Shown here in pieces: positions 20,669-31,662 of a stretch of 60,223 nucleotides of DNA. Source of the DNA: Chrysochromulina tobinii. Its lineage: Eukaryota. The DNA lies in the NCBI GenBank assembly GCA_001275005.1, contig JWZX01003339.1:1-60223 (forward strand), read 5' to 3'. Position 1 is the first letter of the stretch, and each line of letters begins with the position of its first letter. The translations under genes and the position numbers were made by a program. A model generated the notes under the pieces. It saw only the letters and a program-made list of their open reading frames with translations, was not told the origin of the DNA and made no database searches.

Positions 20669-22543
20669 ATGTTCGCCGAGGGGCTTGCGAGCCCGGGCTT
20701 CATGAGCGGGCAGGGCGCCGCCGCCCTGCTCGCACGCATCTCGTCGCTTGAGCCAGACGCGCGCGATGACGACGACGACCTTGGCAATGCGGGCGTGCTC
20801 CGTGACCTGGGGCGTGCCGGCGTCGCGCCATGGGGTGGCGACGAGGGCGCGGGGCCCGAGGATGAGGACGATGAGATGCTCGGCGGTGAGGCGCGCGTCA
20901 GCCGCAAGGACAAGTCGCTTGGCCTGCTCGCGGACAACTTTCTGCAGCTCTTTGCGAGCGGCAGCTGCACGACGGTTGAGCTTGAGGGCGTCGCCACGCG
21001 CCTGGGCGTGGGCCGCCGTCGCATCTATGACATCGTCAACGTGCTCGAGTCGCTGGACGTGGTCCAGAAGGATCGCGCATCCTCGTACACGTGGCTCGGG
21101 CTCTCCAAGATGCCCGCATGCGTCGAGCGGCTGCTCAAGTCAAAGCCGATCGTTGAGCTGCTGGTCGACGACCCGAGCCTGGCGGGGGACGTGATCAACG
21201 GCACAAGGACGGCGGGCAAGGAGAATGGCGGGAACGACACGGGTCCCGTGATGGGCGCGACCGCCAATGGCGCCGCCGACAGGGCCGACAAGGTCGAGGG
21301 GCGCAAGGAGAAGTCGATCCGCGAACTGTCGACCAAGTTCGTTGGGCTTTTCCTACAAGCGGTGGCCACGCCCGGCATGGACGGTGTGATCTCGCTCGAG
21401 CAGGCGGCGCGCTCGCTGCTCCTGCACGAGAGCGGTGGCGACAAGCCCGGTGCCACCGCCGTCGAGCCCGACGCGGGCGCGATGAAGACAAAGGTGCGCC
21501 GGCTGTACGACATCTGCAACGTGCTCACGTCGCTGCGCATGATCGAGAAGATCAAGCTGCCCGACACGTCCAAGCCCGCCTTCAAATGGCTCGGCGTCAC
21601 CGAGGAGACCAAAACCGTCTTCGACGCCTCCTCCGCCGCCGCGCGCCCCATCAAGGCCTACGGCGGTGGCGTCAACGCACCCGTGTGTGCCAAGCGCGGC
21701 CGCCCTTCCACGGGAGGGGCGGGCGCTCAGCACGGCGCTGGGGCGGCCGACGGAGGCGCCCGGCGCCAGTCCATCGCCACTGACTGCCACCGTGTGGCTC
21801 GGGCGCGGCGTGACTCATTCGAGCCTCCTCTCGCGTTCGCCGCAACGCCCATGCCGTCGCTCGTCGTCGCCGCCGCCGCCGCCGCGTTCCCCGTACCTGC
21901 CATCCCCGTAGCCCCAGCCGCAGCGTCCGAGGCGCAATGGCGATGGACGCACGCACAGGCTCCACCGCTGCCCCCGCCGACGGCAGGCGCTCCCTTGAGC
22001 GCGAAGCCGGCGCTTGCCGTCGCACGCGCTGTCCCGTGCAGCAGCGCTGCATTCGCATCGACGGTTGCGCCGGCTCAGGCGGCGATGCCAGTGATGGCCC
22101 AACACCCTTCCCAATACGTGACCGCCGCTACCGCCGCCGCCGCCACCATCGCCACCGCCGCCACCGCCGCGACCCTCAACAGTGCCAGCGCCTTCGCCGC
22201 CTTTGCGCCCTCGGCGGCCCACTGCCCGATGCTCAGCCCGTGCGGCACTCGCGCGCCGGCGACGGCCGTGCGGGTGGAGGAGGGCTGGTGTGGCGGCGCA
22301 CCCACGCCAGCGCACGTGCAGGCCGAGCTGAACGGCGTGGTGCTCGATAACACGCCCCGCCAGGCGATCGCCGCGATGCTCACGATGGGCTTCGGGGCTG
22401 GGTGCGATGAGTTTCGTCAATCTCACGAGATGGGTTTCGGGGCTGGGTGCGGTGAGGCGCCGAGGCGCTCGCTCGAAGCGCATGAGGTGGGGCGCAGCAT
22501 CTCGAATGAGATCGTGTGGGCGCCGCTCTCCAATGAGATCTGA
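20669..22543 (+). CDS. Atypical E2F transcription factor (E2F7/8 / DEL type) with two DNA-binding domains
   Basis: SRKDKSLGLL...RRRIYDIVNVLESL...YTWLG and RKEKSIREL...KTKVRRLYDICNVLTSL...KPAFKWLG. Confidence 0.93.
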   Translation: MFAEGLASPGFMSGQGAAALLARISSLEPDARDDDDDLGNAGVLRDLGRAGVAPWGGDEGAGPEDEDDEMLGGEARVSRKDKSLGLLADNFLQLFASGSCTTVELEGVATRLGVGRRRIYDIVNVLESLDVVQKDRASSYTWLGLSKMPACVERLLKSKPIVELLVDDPSLAGDVINGTRTAGKENGGNDTGPVMGATANGAADRADKVEGRKEKSIRELSTKFVGLFLQAVATPGMDGVISLEQAARSLLLHESGGDKPGATAVEPDAGAMKTKVRRLYDICNVLTSLRMIEKIKLPDTSKPAFKWLGVTEETKTVFDASSAAARPIKAYGGGVNAPVCAKRGRPSTGGAGAQHGAGAADGGARRQSIATDCHRVARARRDSFEPPLAFAATPMPSLVVAAAAAAFPVPAIPVAPAAASEAQWRWTHAQAPPLPPPTAGAPLSAKPALAVARAVPCSSAAFASTVAPAQAAMPVMAQHPSQYVTAATAAAATIATAATAATLNSASAFAAFAPSAAHCPMLSPCGTRAPATAVRVEEGWCGGAPTPAHVQAELNGVVLDNTPRQAIAAMLTMGFGAGCDEFRQSHEMGFGAGCGEAPRRSLEAHEVGRSISNEIVWAPLSNEI

Positions 22544-22792
22544 ATCTCCCTGAAAAGTGATATCTGAGCCAGATCTGAATCTCCCTGAAAAGTATGGGCG
22601 AGGCCGGTGCATCCCAGCAGCGGCATGATGCGCTTCTATCTTCGAGGGTGGTGCACGGTGTGCGGCCAAGCGGCGGCCATACGGGGGCCGCGACGGCGGC
22701 CGGCGCCCGTGTTGGTGGGCGTTGGCTGTGGGGAGAGGGTGGACCTCTTCTGCGGCGCCCACCGTGATGCATGGATCGGCGAGCGGTGAGAG

Positions 22793-22940
22793 AGCTGCCG
22801 AATCCATCCCTAATATGGATCGCCGAGCGCTGCCGAATCCATCCCTAATCTGGATCGCCGAGCGCTGAGGGAGCAGCCGAGCGGCACGTGCAGGAGTGGG
22901 GCGCATCCATGTACGCGGATCGATCCATATTAGGGATGGA
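22793..22940. repeat. Short tandem duplication plus perfect 20-bp inverted repeat
   Basis: GCTGCCGAATCCATCCCTAATxTGGATCGCCGAGC twice. TCCATCCCTAATATGGATCG (22803-22822) is the reverse complement of 22921-22940. Confidence 0.8.
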
Positions 22941-23414
22941 CACGGGGCGGACCGGCTGCCAACGGAACTCATCGGCGGTTCGGACTCGGTGTGCTACTAT
23001 TTTCAGCCAACGTGGGGCATGACGTGGGGTGGGGGGCGGCGAGCAGGCGTATCGCATGCTGCGGGATGTCTGAGGACTCTGGTCTCTGCCCAGGAGCCAT
23101 GTCTGCTGGGGGCTGTGACACGCACATGCTTGGCGTGAGAGTCTGTGCTCTGCTGTGCGGACATGGCGATTCGCAGAGATATGCGCGTGTCACGTGCGAT
23201 GTAGCGTGTTGTTCATGGTTGTTCAACAATTTGTGATGAGAGGACCTTGTGTTTTCTTGAAGCGCTGCGGCGGGCACAGCGGGGGCGGCTCGTCACCCAC
23301 GAACATGCCCGTAGACGAGAGCCCACCGCCACCGCCCTCACCGCCACCGCCATCGCAACCAGCACCACCAACCTCGCCGGCCGTCACGCACGCACGCACC
23401 GCGATTGTGCGCTC

Positions 23415-24170
23415 ATGATTACGATGGTGGTTTCCACTCTGAACTTGATCATCCTCGACCTGCCAGCCTCGTTGACGTGGCGCGAGCGCATGCGCGCCCA
23501 AAGGCACATCCGTCCGCACACCAACCCGCTGCAGTCACGATTCACGGCGCAACGCTTGGAGAAGGACCAAGTGCAATTCGATGCGGCCCGGCCTTTGCAT
23601 GTCGACATCGGTTGCGGAAAAGGTCATTTCTGCGCGGACCTGGCATCGTCGCGTCCAGACATCAACGTGCTCGGCATCGAGATTCGCGAGCAGCTCGTGG
23701 ACGAAGCGAAGCGTCTGCGTGAGCTGACGGCAAGTGGCAACCTGGATTTTGTGGCTGGCAGTGCCAACGCGCTCTTCGCACCATGCGTGGACGCGTTGCA
23801 GCCCGGCGCGCTCGCTTCGTGCTCTGTCCAGTTTCCCGACCCGTGGCCAAGGCGGCGCCACCAGAAGCGACGCGTGGTGCAGCAACCACTTGTGCGCGAC
23901 ATTGCCTCACGCCTACCCTCGGGCGGTTTCGTCTTCTTGCAATCGGACGTCGAGGAGCTCGCACGCGAGATGCGCACTGCGTTCCTCGAATGCGGTGCCT
24001 TCCAGTTGCCGCCTGCCGAGCAGCACGACCAGCACGGCTGGCTCCTCGAAGACGCGCGACCCTTCGAAAGCGTGCGCACTGAGCGAGAGCGGCAGGCCAC
24101 ACGGCGGCAGTTGAGCGTTTGGCGCGCGCTTCTGGTTCGGACATCTCCGATTACAACCGATGATGGATGA
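23415..24170 (+). CDS. trmB: tRNA (guanine-N7)-methyltransferase, bacterial TrmB type, probably organelle-targeted
   Basis: HIRPHTNPL; VDIGCGKGHF; NVLGIEIR; QFPDPWPRRRHQKRRVVQ; GGFVFLQSDV; TERE. Confidence 0.92.
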   Translation: MITMVVSTLNLIILDLPASLTWRERMRAQRHIRPHTNPLQSRFTAQRLEKDQVQFDAARPLHVDIGCGKGHFCADLASSRPDINVLGIEIREQLVDEAKRLRELTASGNLDFVAGSANALFAPCVDALQPGALASCSVQFPDPWPRRRHQKRRVVQQPLVRDIASRLPSGGFVFLQSDVEELAREMRTAFLECGAFQLPPAEQHDQHGWLLEDARPFESVRTERERQATRRQLSVWRALLVRTSPITTDDG

Positions 24171-24526
24171 TGTCTGTGTTACGTGAATGTTAAGCCACTG
24201 GAAGCAATCGCACAAAATGAGCACCGTATTCACACAACTGTTCCCGCTTTTAAATGAGGCGGACCGCACACCGGATTATCGCCTGCACTCAAGTGTCAAG
24301 AACGCAGGTATACGGCTCGCTAAGGCCAAGCCGGGGGGACGGCGAAGGCGTACGCGATAGAGACGCGCACGCCGCGTTAACACACCACGTCAACCATGCG
24401 ATTGCGAAGGCAAGGCAGCAACCGGACCGATGGACCCGCGAGGACGGAGAAGCCGGTCTGCGGTGCGTAAAACGAGTCTGATCCCGCGTGGCCCTTGATT
24501 ATGTCCTCACCTCTCCGGCTCTCACC

Positions 24527-26130
24527 TCATGGGCGCCACGGGCCATAGAAGCCCTCGTTCGCCTTGACCTGCGCCTGGCACGCCAGATGGTCGAACTCGC
24601 TCGCCCTCTGATACTTGGTGCGGCGGAGCTCATCCATTCGCGCCACCATGCGATCCACAATGTCGGGGTGCGCCCTTTCGAGGTCCTCATGCTCTGTCGG
24701 GTCCTCCATGATGTTGTACAGGCACGCGCGCTTGAGTTTGTCATTGTCGTTGCCACACAGCTTCCAGTTTTCGCTAATGTTCCCATACGGTATGTGGGAC
24801 GCGTTTGGAAACTCGGGGCCTTGCCAGAACGTCTGCAGCTGCAAGCCCTGAACCAGCTTCCATGGCCCCTGGATGAGAGCGCTCGCGTTCGCGCTCGATC
24901 CTGCTCTGCCGTCCACCCAGTCGAGCGAAATTGGGATCTCCTGTCGCGGAGATGTGCCGTTTGTGGAAGAGATCAGCTGCACCATCGAGAGGGAATCAAT
25001 CGGTGGCAGGCCGTACTTCGCCGCGACATGGTCCGTGGGGTCGACCCCAGCGAGCTCGCAGAATGTCGCATACCAATCGGCAATGTGCACGTATGCGCTC
25101 GTCGTCGTCCCTCGCAGCGACGCCGCAAGGATGCCTCCACTCACAAAGGCCGCAGCACGCACGCCCCCCTCCCAGTTCGAAGCCTTGCCTCCCAGCAAAG
25201 GCCAATTATTGGCGCCGGCACCGTGGGGGAACGACGGGTCGGAGCTCCAATACACGGGCCCACCGTTGTCGCTTGAGAAGACGAGGAGGGTGCGCGACCA
25301 CATCTGCTTGGACATGAGGGCACTGGTCACGTTCCCGAGGATCTCGTCCCAAACCGAGCACTGGCCAGCGTACAACCGCCGATCCTCATACCAGCTCAAC
25401 GGGTACAGATTCGCAAAGCGTTCTGGCGGCTCGAGAGGCGTGTGCGAGGACGCCGGCGCCAGGTACATGAAGAGCGGCTGCACGTCCGGCTCGTGATCGA
25501 GTACGGCCTTCACGGCAAAGTCGTTGAGCTGGAAGCCACTGTGGCGCGATCCGGCTGTGGCGCGCGCCGGGCTCGAGTTTTGCCACCAGTCATGCGGAGA
25601 GCCGGACGTGTCGTTGATCGGGATGATGCACTCGCCGTCCGTGCAGGATCGCTGTGTCAAGTGGTCTTCAGCTCCCGCAAAGAAGACGAGGCTCTCATCA
25701 AAGCCGCGGCCTGCCGGTATGTGCCCCCAGCTGCTCATCCCGAGGTGCCACTTGCCCGCATGCACTGTGCGGTATCCAGCCGACTTGAGCTTGGCTGAGA
25801 GGAACGTCATGTTACGAGGGACGCCCTGCGCGAGGTCGCAGTTCCCCAAGTTCTGCTGCTGCACATGGATGGGTAGCCGACCGGACATGAAGCTTGAACG
25901 AGACGGCGAACAGTACGGAAACACGTAGTGCCGGTCGAGAGTGAGGCCTTCGGCTACGAGCTTGTTTGCGTTTGGCGTGTGCATTTGTGGGTTGTGCCAG
26001 CCGACGTTGTTCCATCCGGTGTCATCGGCCATGAAGAAGAGCAAGTGAGGCAGAGCGGTCATGTTGGGCTGGAGCATATAAGATGTGTTGACGCCTGCCT
26101 GGCGCAGGCTCAGCTGCCAGCGTGGTAGGC
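24527..26130 (-). CDS. Arylsulfatase (formylglycine-dependent, ARSB-like); true start uncertain
   Basis: PHLLFFMADDTGWNNVGWH; CSPSRSSFMSGR (CxPxR); GKWHLG; SSDNGG; NWPLLGGKASNWEGGVR; LYNIMEDPTEH. Confidence 0.93.
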
Positions 26131-26396
26131 TGAGCTGTACGAGTGAGTACACAAAGGCTCGTGAGAGTCTGCAACAGGCTGCAACCACGACCACAAGGGA
26201 GTTCGCGCCTTATGAGCCCCCCCCCATGAATAACCAGACGTGAACGCATACATGTACATGGAGCGCATGTCAAGTCAATCCAAGTGAAACACGAAAACAG
26301 GAACGGCAAGCGGTCGAGTTTCATTCCAGAAAAGGCACAAAAAACCGTACGCGTCTTGACTCGCTCACGATCCTCGCACGCATCGAGTCGAGCGTC

Positions 26397-29300
26397 ATGA
26401 AGCGCGTCGCGGTCGCCTTCGTTGTGTTGGCCGCACAGGCGTACGCGAGCAACGTGACCGTGTATGAGGTACGCAGGCCGCACGGCGCGCGGCTCCGCGC
26501 TTGCAGCCCGTATCGATGCGGTTCCGATCGCTTTAGCGCTCCCGCGGCTCCTCATATGTTCACGTCCTGTGCCGCCGCAGTACAAGATCGACAGCCCGGT
26601 CGCCGACATTCAATGGGTCGGATCGGACAAGAAGGTGTGTGCAGCGCTAGCACGTTGCGCGCCGTGTGCCTGCACGCAAGTGCGGCTGCTCATGGTGCGG
26701 CGCTCTCGCCTGTTGCAGACGATCTATGTGCGGAGCAGCAAAAACTTTGTCTATCGCAGCGAGGACGAGGGCCGGTCGTGGGAGCGGCAGAATTGGAAGA
26801 TGGAGAAAACGAGCGACGACGAGAAGTCGGGCATCCTGTCTTTCCACGTGTCGCCTTCTGACACGAATAAAGTGCGCCGCCGCGGCCGCTGCTGCGCACA
26901 GCGCCGCAATAGACGCGTCGCCCGCCACTTACATCGGATGGCTCGTCGCGTGCGCAGCTCTTCTTCCGTGGCGTGGGCAAACAGCACTGGGCCACGCTCG
27001 ACCGCGGCGGCAAGTACATTCCGCTCGAGCCAGCGTTCACGATCAAGGAGGTCAAGACCCACGCGACGGAGCCACCGCCCCCTGCCTTGCATGCATGTGC
27101 TCACCACGGCGTCCTCCCTTCCCCACAGGTCAAGATCCACCCGACGGAGCCAGAGTGGATGATGGCGTCGCATCTGACGGAGGGCTGCAAAGGCGCCGAG
27201 CGCAAGGAGTGCAACATGGAGGTTTACCTCACCCAGGGTGCGCTGCTGCACCACACCTGCAACGCGCGCCGACGCTGCTGCGTTGGGGCCATCGCCGCTG
27301 CAGCCCTATGCGGCGCGCCACGTGGCCGCGCGCGGCCCCGCAACCGCGCATGCCCACCGGGTGCTCGGCACGGCGCCCGCTCACCGCCCTGGGCTCTGCC
27401 TCCTCGGCGGCGGCTTGCTGCTGGGCCGGCCGCTCGCCACGGCGCCCTACCGGACCGGCGCTCACCACGGCGCTCTGCCTCCTCGGTGGCGGCTTGCTGC
27501 TGGGCCGGCCGCTCGCCACGGCGCCCTACCGGACCGGCGCTCACCACGGCGCGCGCCGCGTTGAGCAGACCTCGGCAAGACCTGGAGGCTGATCCAGCGC
27601 TACGTGGCTCAATTCGAATGGGCACCCGCGGCCGACGGGCTGCTCAAATCGGGGATGCTCAAGGAGTCGATCTTCATGGTCACGTATCAAATGAGCTCGG
27701 GCAACCAGCCGTTCGGCGTGTGGAGCGCCAAGGCGCAGGTACGTTGATTGCCACTGATGACCTGCCTTGCATGCATTGGCGTGTGGAGCGCCAAGGCGCA
27801 GGCACGTTGATTGCCACTGATGACCTGCCTTGCATGCATTGGCGTGTGGAGCGCCAAGGCGCAGGCACGTTGATTGCCACTGATGACCTGCCTTGCATGC
27901 ATTGGCGCTCACCACAACGCTCTCGACCCGCTCCGGTGCGATCCAGTTGAGGCAGCGTTGATTGCCTCTGATGACCGACCTTGCATGCATGCGCTCACCA
28001 CAACGCTCTCGACCCGCTCCGGTGCGATCCAGTTTTCGCGCTCCGATGACCTATGGAAGACCAAGTACACGCTGCTGCCGCGCGGCAACCGCTTCCTCTT
28101 CCTTGACAAGTTCATCTTCGTCGCTGTGGTCAACAAGCACCACGAGACGCAGGTGAATCTTTATGTCTCGTCGGAGGGCGGCCGCGTCTTCAAAAAGGCG
28201 CGCTTGCCGTTCCAGCTGACCGAGCACTCGTACACCATCCTCGACACGTCAGAGGGCTCTGTCTTCCTCCATGTCAACCACGGCGACTACAACACGGGCT
28301 ACGGCAACATCTACCTCTCCGACTCGGAAGGCCTGCGCTTTGCGCTCTCGCTGCGCAACAACAAGCGCGACGCACAAGGCCGGTGTGACTTCGAAAAGGT
28401 GCAGGGCATCGAGGGCATCTACATCACGAATGAACAGATCAACGTGGATCCGGAGTCGAAGAAGGAGAAGCCCAAGCTGCGCACCAAGATCTCCTTCGAC
28501 AAAGGGGGCCGTTGGGCGAATGTCAAGTCGCCCTCGGTGACGAACACGGGCAAGGAGTTTGCATGCAACCCAGTCGAGGATCCGAAGTGCTCACTGCACC
28601 TGCACGGCGTCACGGACTCCTGGGGCCCCTTCTACTCGAGCAAGAACGCCATCGGGCTTGTGATGGCGACGGGCAACGTGGGCTACCACCTGAGTGATAA
28701 GGAGGACGAGGTGCACACGTTCTTCTCACGGGACGCGGGGTTGACGTGGAGCATGGCGCGAGCGGGCTCCCACATCTATGAGTTTGGCGACCACGGCGCG
28801 ATCATCGTCATCGCAGACGATCGCAAGGCGAGCAAGGAGGTGTACTACTCGTGGGATGAAGCGCTCACATGGAACGAGCTCCATTTCTCGGATAAGGCCA
28901 CCGAGATCGAGAACATTGTCATCGAGCCGAAGGCGACCTCCCAGGTCTTCGTCATGTACGGCACGCGTGGCGAGCAGGGTGTCCTCTTCCAAATGGACTT
29001 TTCGAACCTGCACGAGCCGCAGTGCAAGGGCGTCGAGAACGCAGGCGACCCCGCATCCGATTACGAGCTGTGGTCGCCGTCCGATGGCCGTTCCGACGGT
29101 AGCAAGTGCCTGCTGGGCCATCAAGTACGCTACACTCGGCGCAGGCGCGCGGCCGCGTGCTTCAACGGCGAGCAATACGAGCGCTCCGAGTTCCGCAAGA
29201 CGTGCCCGTGCACCGAGGAGGACTACGAGTGCGACTACGGGTATGAGCGCACGAGCGAATCGGGCCCGTGCGTCGCCGTGATGGCCATCTCCACCTTGCC

Positions 29301-29895
29301 ACCCGCCGAGTGCAAGGGCACGTACAACGTGTCCAACGGCTACCGACTGGTGGCGGGCGACACGTGTGATCCAACCAAAGGGATCGATCGGCTGCCGACG
29401 ATCAAGAGCTGCCCGGGCCTCTTTGGCGGATCGGCGGCCGAGGTGTCACGGACGGGATGGGTGGTGCTCATCATCCTCGTGGGGCTCGCGGGTGTGCTCG
29501 TGCTGGTGACGATGCGCACACGCTCGGATGCGGCGGGGCTCTCATTCTCGAGCGTGCTTGAGATGCTCCCGACGGACCGGACCGCCTGCCTCATGTGCCT
29601 ACTTGCCATCCCGGGCGCGCTCGTCGAGTGCTTCGGCTTCGTCAAGAACGCGGTCACGGGCTTCAGGGGCGGTGGAGGCTCCGCTCGGTACGGCGCGCTG
29701 CCCGATTCGGCGATGGATGACGAACTCGATCTCGGCGATGAGCTCGTCGATGAGGAGGCAGAGGAGTTGCGCGACGACGACGCGCGCCTCAACACGCTGC
29801 CGCCCGTCAACACACCCAAACGCACGAGCGATGTGGGGAATCTTTTGGGCGACGAATTCACCTCACCGCATGCGGGTGCCAAAAAGGGCGCCTGA
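26397..29895 (+). CDS. VPS10/sortilin family sorting receptor, 7 exons
   Basis: Signal peptide; BNR/Asp-box repeats (SEDEGRSW, TQDLGKTW, SFDKGGRW, SRDAGLTW, SWDEALTW); 10CC domain (CLLG...CPCTEEDYECDYGY...GYRLVAGDTC); TM helix; YGAL, acidic and DxxLL tail. Introns 26469-26580, 26635-26718, 26872-26957, 27051-27128, 27238-27568 and 27739-28032 restore one frame. Confidence 0.93.
27715..28032 (+). repeat. Intronic repeats: three 63-bp copies of the exon/intron junction plus a duplicated acceptor block (Introner-like sequence)
   Basis: GGCGTGTGGAGCGCCAAGGCGCAG|GYACGTTGATTGCCACTGATGACCTGCCTTGCATGCATT with donors at 27739, 27802 and 27865; GCTCACCACAACGCTCTCGACCCGCTCCGGTGCGATCCAGTT twice. Confidence 0.9.
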
Positions 29896-30556
29896 GCGGG
29901 CGCGCAAATGCGCGCCGAGGTGAGCGTGGAGAGGGCAGGGAGGGGTGCTTGCATGCACTGGGTTCACCTACGGTAGTGCATGGGTGTGAGTACTCTCGGC
30001 CAGCCGCGCGATACAATGTCGACTGGAGAGCGAGCGTGCGTACGGCTTCACATAGCGAGGTGGCGTGCGGACATGGGAGATGCGCGAGATGATGTACATG
30101 TGAGTTCAGCATGTGAGTGTATGCCGGGCAGTGCTCAGTCTGTGAAGATGGAGTGTGATCTGCGTGCCATGCCCTGTGCGTGTGCGCGTGCCGTCCCTCG
30201 CCCATGTGATCGGTGGAACGCGGGCCTGGCGCACGGTTGCGTGTGGCAAGGTGCTGGGTCGCCGGGGGACGAACACGTGGCCATGCACGTGGGCTCGTGC
30301 GGTCTGGGTGTGGCGTCGGTGCGTGCGCGGTTCGCGTCCGGAGAGCTTACGGAGAGCATGTAGTTGTGTAGATATACGCACGATTTCTTGAGCTTCCGGC
30401 CGAGACGCGAGACGGCGCCGGGCATCAAGGGCCAAGGCCCGACCGGGAGGCCGGACGAGGCGGGGATAGCGGATTCGAAGCGATAGTACTAGTTTGTAGT
30501 TAGTACCCAACGCGTATCTGTAGAACATGTTTCGATGGCGCGGCGCACCATATCCC

Positions 30557-31555
30557 TCATCCGCGCCACTCGTGCGTGACGCCATTCAATGTGGGGCCCC
30601 TGTCCCAGTGCGCGTGCTCTCCGTGCACCGTCAGCCGATTGCGCCCCATTCGAAGCACGTGGACGGATGAGATGTAAGCCGTCGAGGGCCGAAGCCGTTC
30701 CTTGTCTCCCTTGCTGCGGCCCCAGTTGACGAGCGGCTCCGCGGTCAAGTCGCTTCGCGGTCCATGTTCGGCCGAGCGGGCCCGCGTCGAGGCGGCACGA
30801 GCCACAGACTCACGGGTCATGGCCCAGTCACCTTCAGCCCGGCGGTCAGGCATTGCCTTCGGTCGTGGTACTCGGCGCTTTTGGTTGAGGAACTCGGTGA
30901 GAGCCTGCCGACGCCCAGGCAGCAAGCGCATCTGATCGAGAAGCGTCTCGAGCTGCGTGGCGCTCAGCCGTAGGAGCTGCTCGACCGTCGAGCAAGAGAA
31001 CTGCTCCACGAGCTTCGGTGTAAGGTGCGCGAGCCCTGCGTCCTCGAGCTCAGCCGCAATCGGCGGTGGCGAGCGCTTCCGAGGCGGCGTTGGCGCGGCG
31101 GAGATCCACGGACCTGGAGGCGGCTTGGAGACAGCTCCGCGAGCGGCCTTTGGGACTGGAGGCACTCTCAGGCCTTGCATGCGCCAGCCGTGCCTGTGCG
31201 TCGCCACCCCGCCATGTGCGTGTAAGCCAAAGTTCGGACCTGCCTTTATTGAGGTGTCCAATGTGAAAGTGTTTGTCGGATACAATTGTTCCAAAGCGTC
31301 AGACGGTAGCCCGGCAGCAGATATGAGCGGAGCTTGGTCGATGGGGCGTTGTGCGCGGCCGTCGAAGCGCATGGACGAGCTGGTCGGAGGGTGCTCCAGG
31401 TAGGAAGTGCGCGGCCTTGCGGCCACGGAGCGCACCGGCCGCGCCGAGATGCTCCGTGTGCCGCCCTTCACCCGGCGTCCAGGCACGACCGCTAGTGGGT
31501 TGCACGGCGGCTTCCAGGGACAAGTGTAGAATGGACTGGAAGGATCCGGACTCAT
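30557..31555 (-). CDS. Hypothetical protein with SAM-like domain (start 31555 or 31372)
   Basis: ELEDAGLAHLTPKLVEQFSCSTVEQLLRLSATQLETLLDQMRLLPGRRQAL resembles the SAM consensus. Confidence 0.55.
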   Translation of the reverse strand: MSPDPSSPFYTCPWKPPCNPLAVVPGRRVKGGTRSISARPVRSVAARPRTSYLEHPPTSSSMRFDGRAQRPIDQAPLISAAGLPSDALEQLYPTNTFTLDTSIKAGPNFGLHAHGGVATHRHGWRMQGLRVPPVPKAARGAVSKPPPGPWISAAPTPPRKRSPPPIAAELEDAGLAHLTPKLVEQFSCSTVEQLLRLSATQLETLLDQMRLLPGRRQALTEFLNQKRRVPRPKAMPDRRAEGDWAMTRESVARAASTRARSAEHGPRSDLTAEPLVNWGRSKGDKERLRPSTAYISSVHVLRMGRNRLTVHGEHAHWDRGPTLNGVTHEWRG

Positions 31556-31662
31556 GGACGGACGGTGGCCGCCTACCGCGCGGAGGTCAACAAAGAAAGA
31601 ACGGAAGGGAAGGTGTGAACCTGTGAAGGGGCTGTGAAGACGTAAAAAGTTCGGTACTACTA

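Noticed and set aside
23300..23410. Short Pro-rich reading frame upstream of trmB
   Set aside because: Low complexity with no supporting domain or splice evidence.
27715..28032. CRISPR-like appearance of repeated 37-mers
   Set aside because: The intervening sequences are identical exon copies, not unique spacers; there are no cas genes and the context is a eukaryotic intron.
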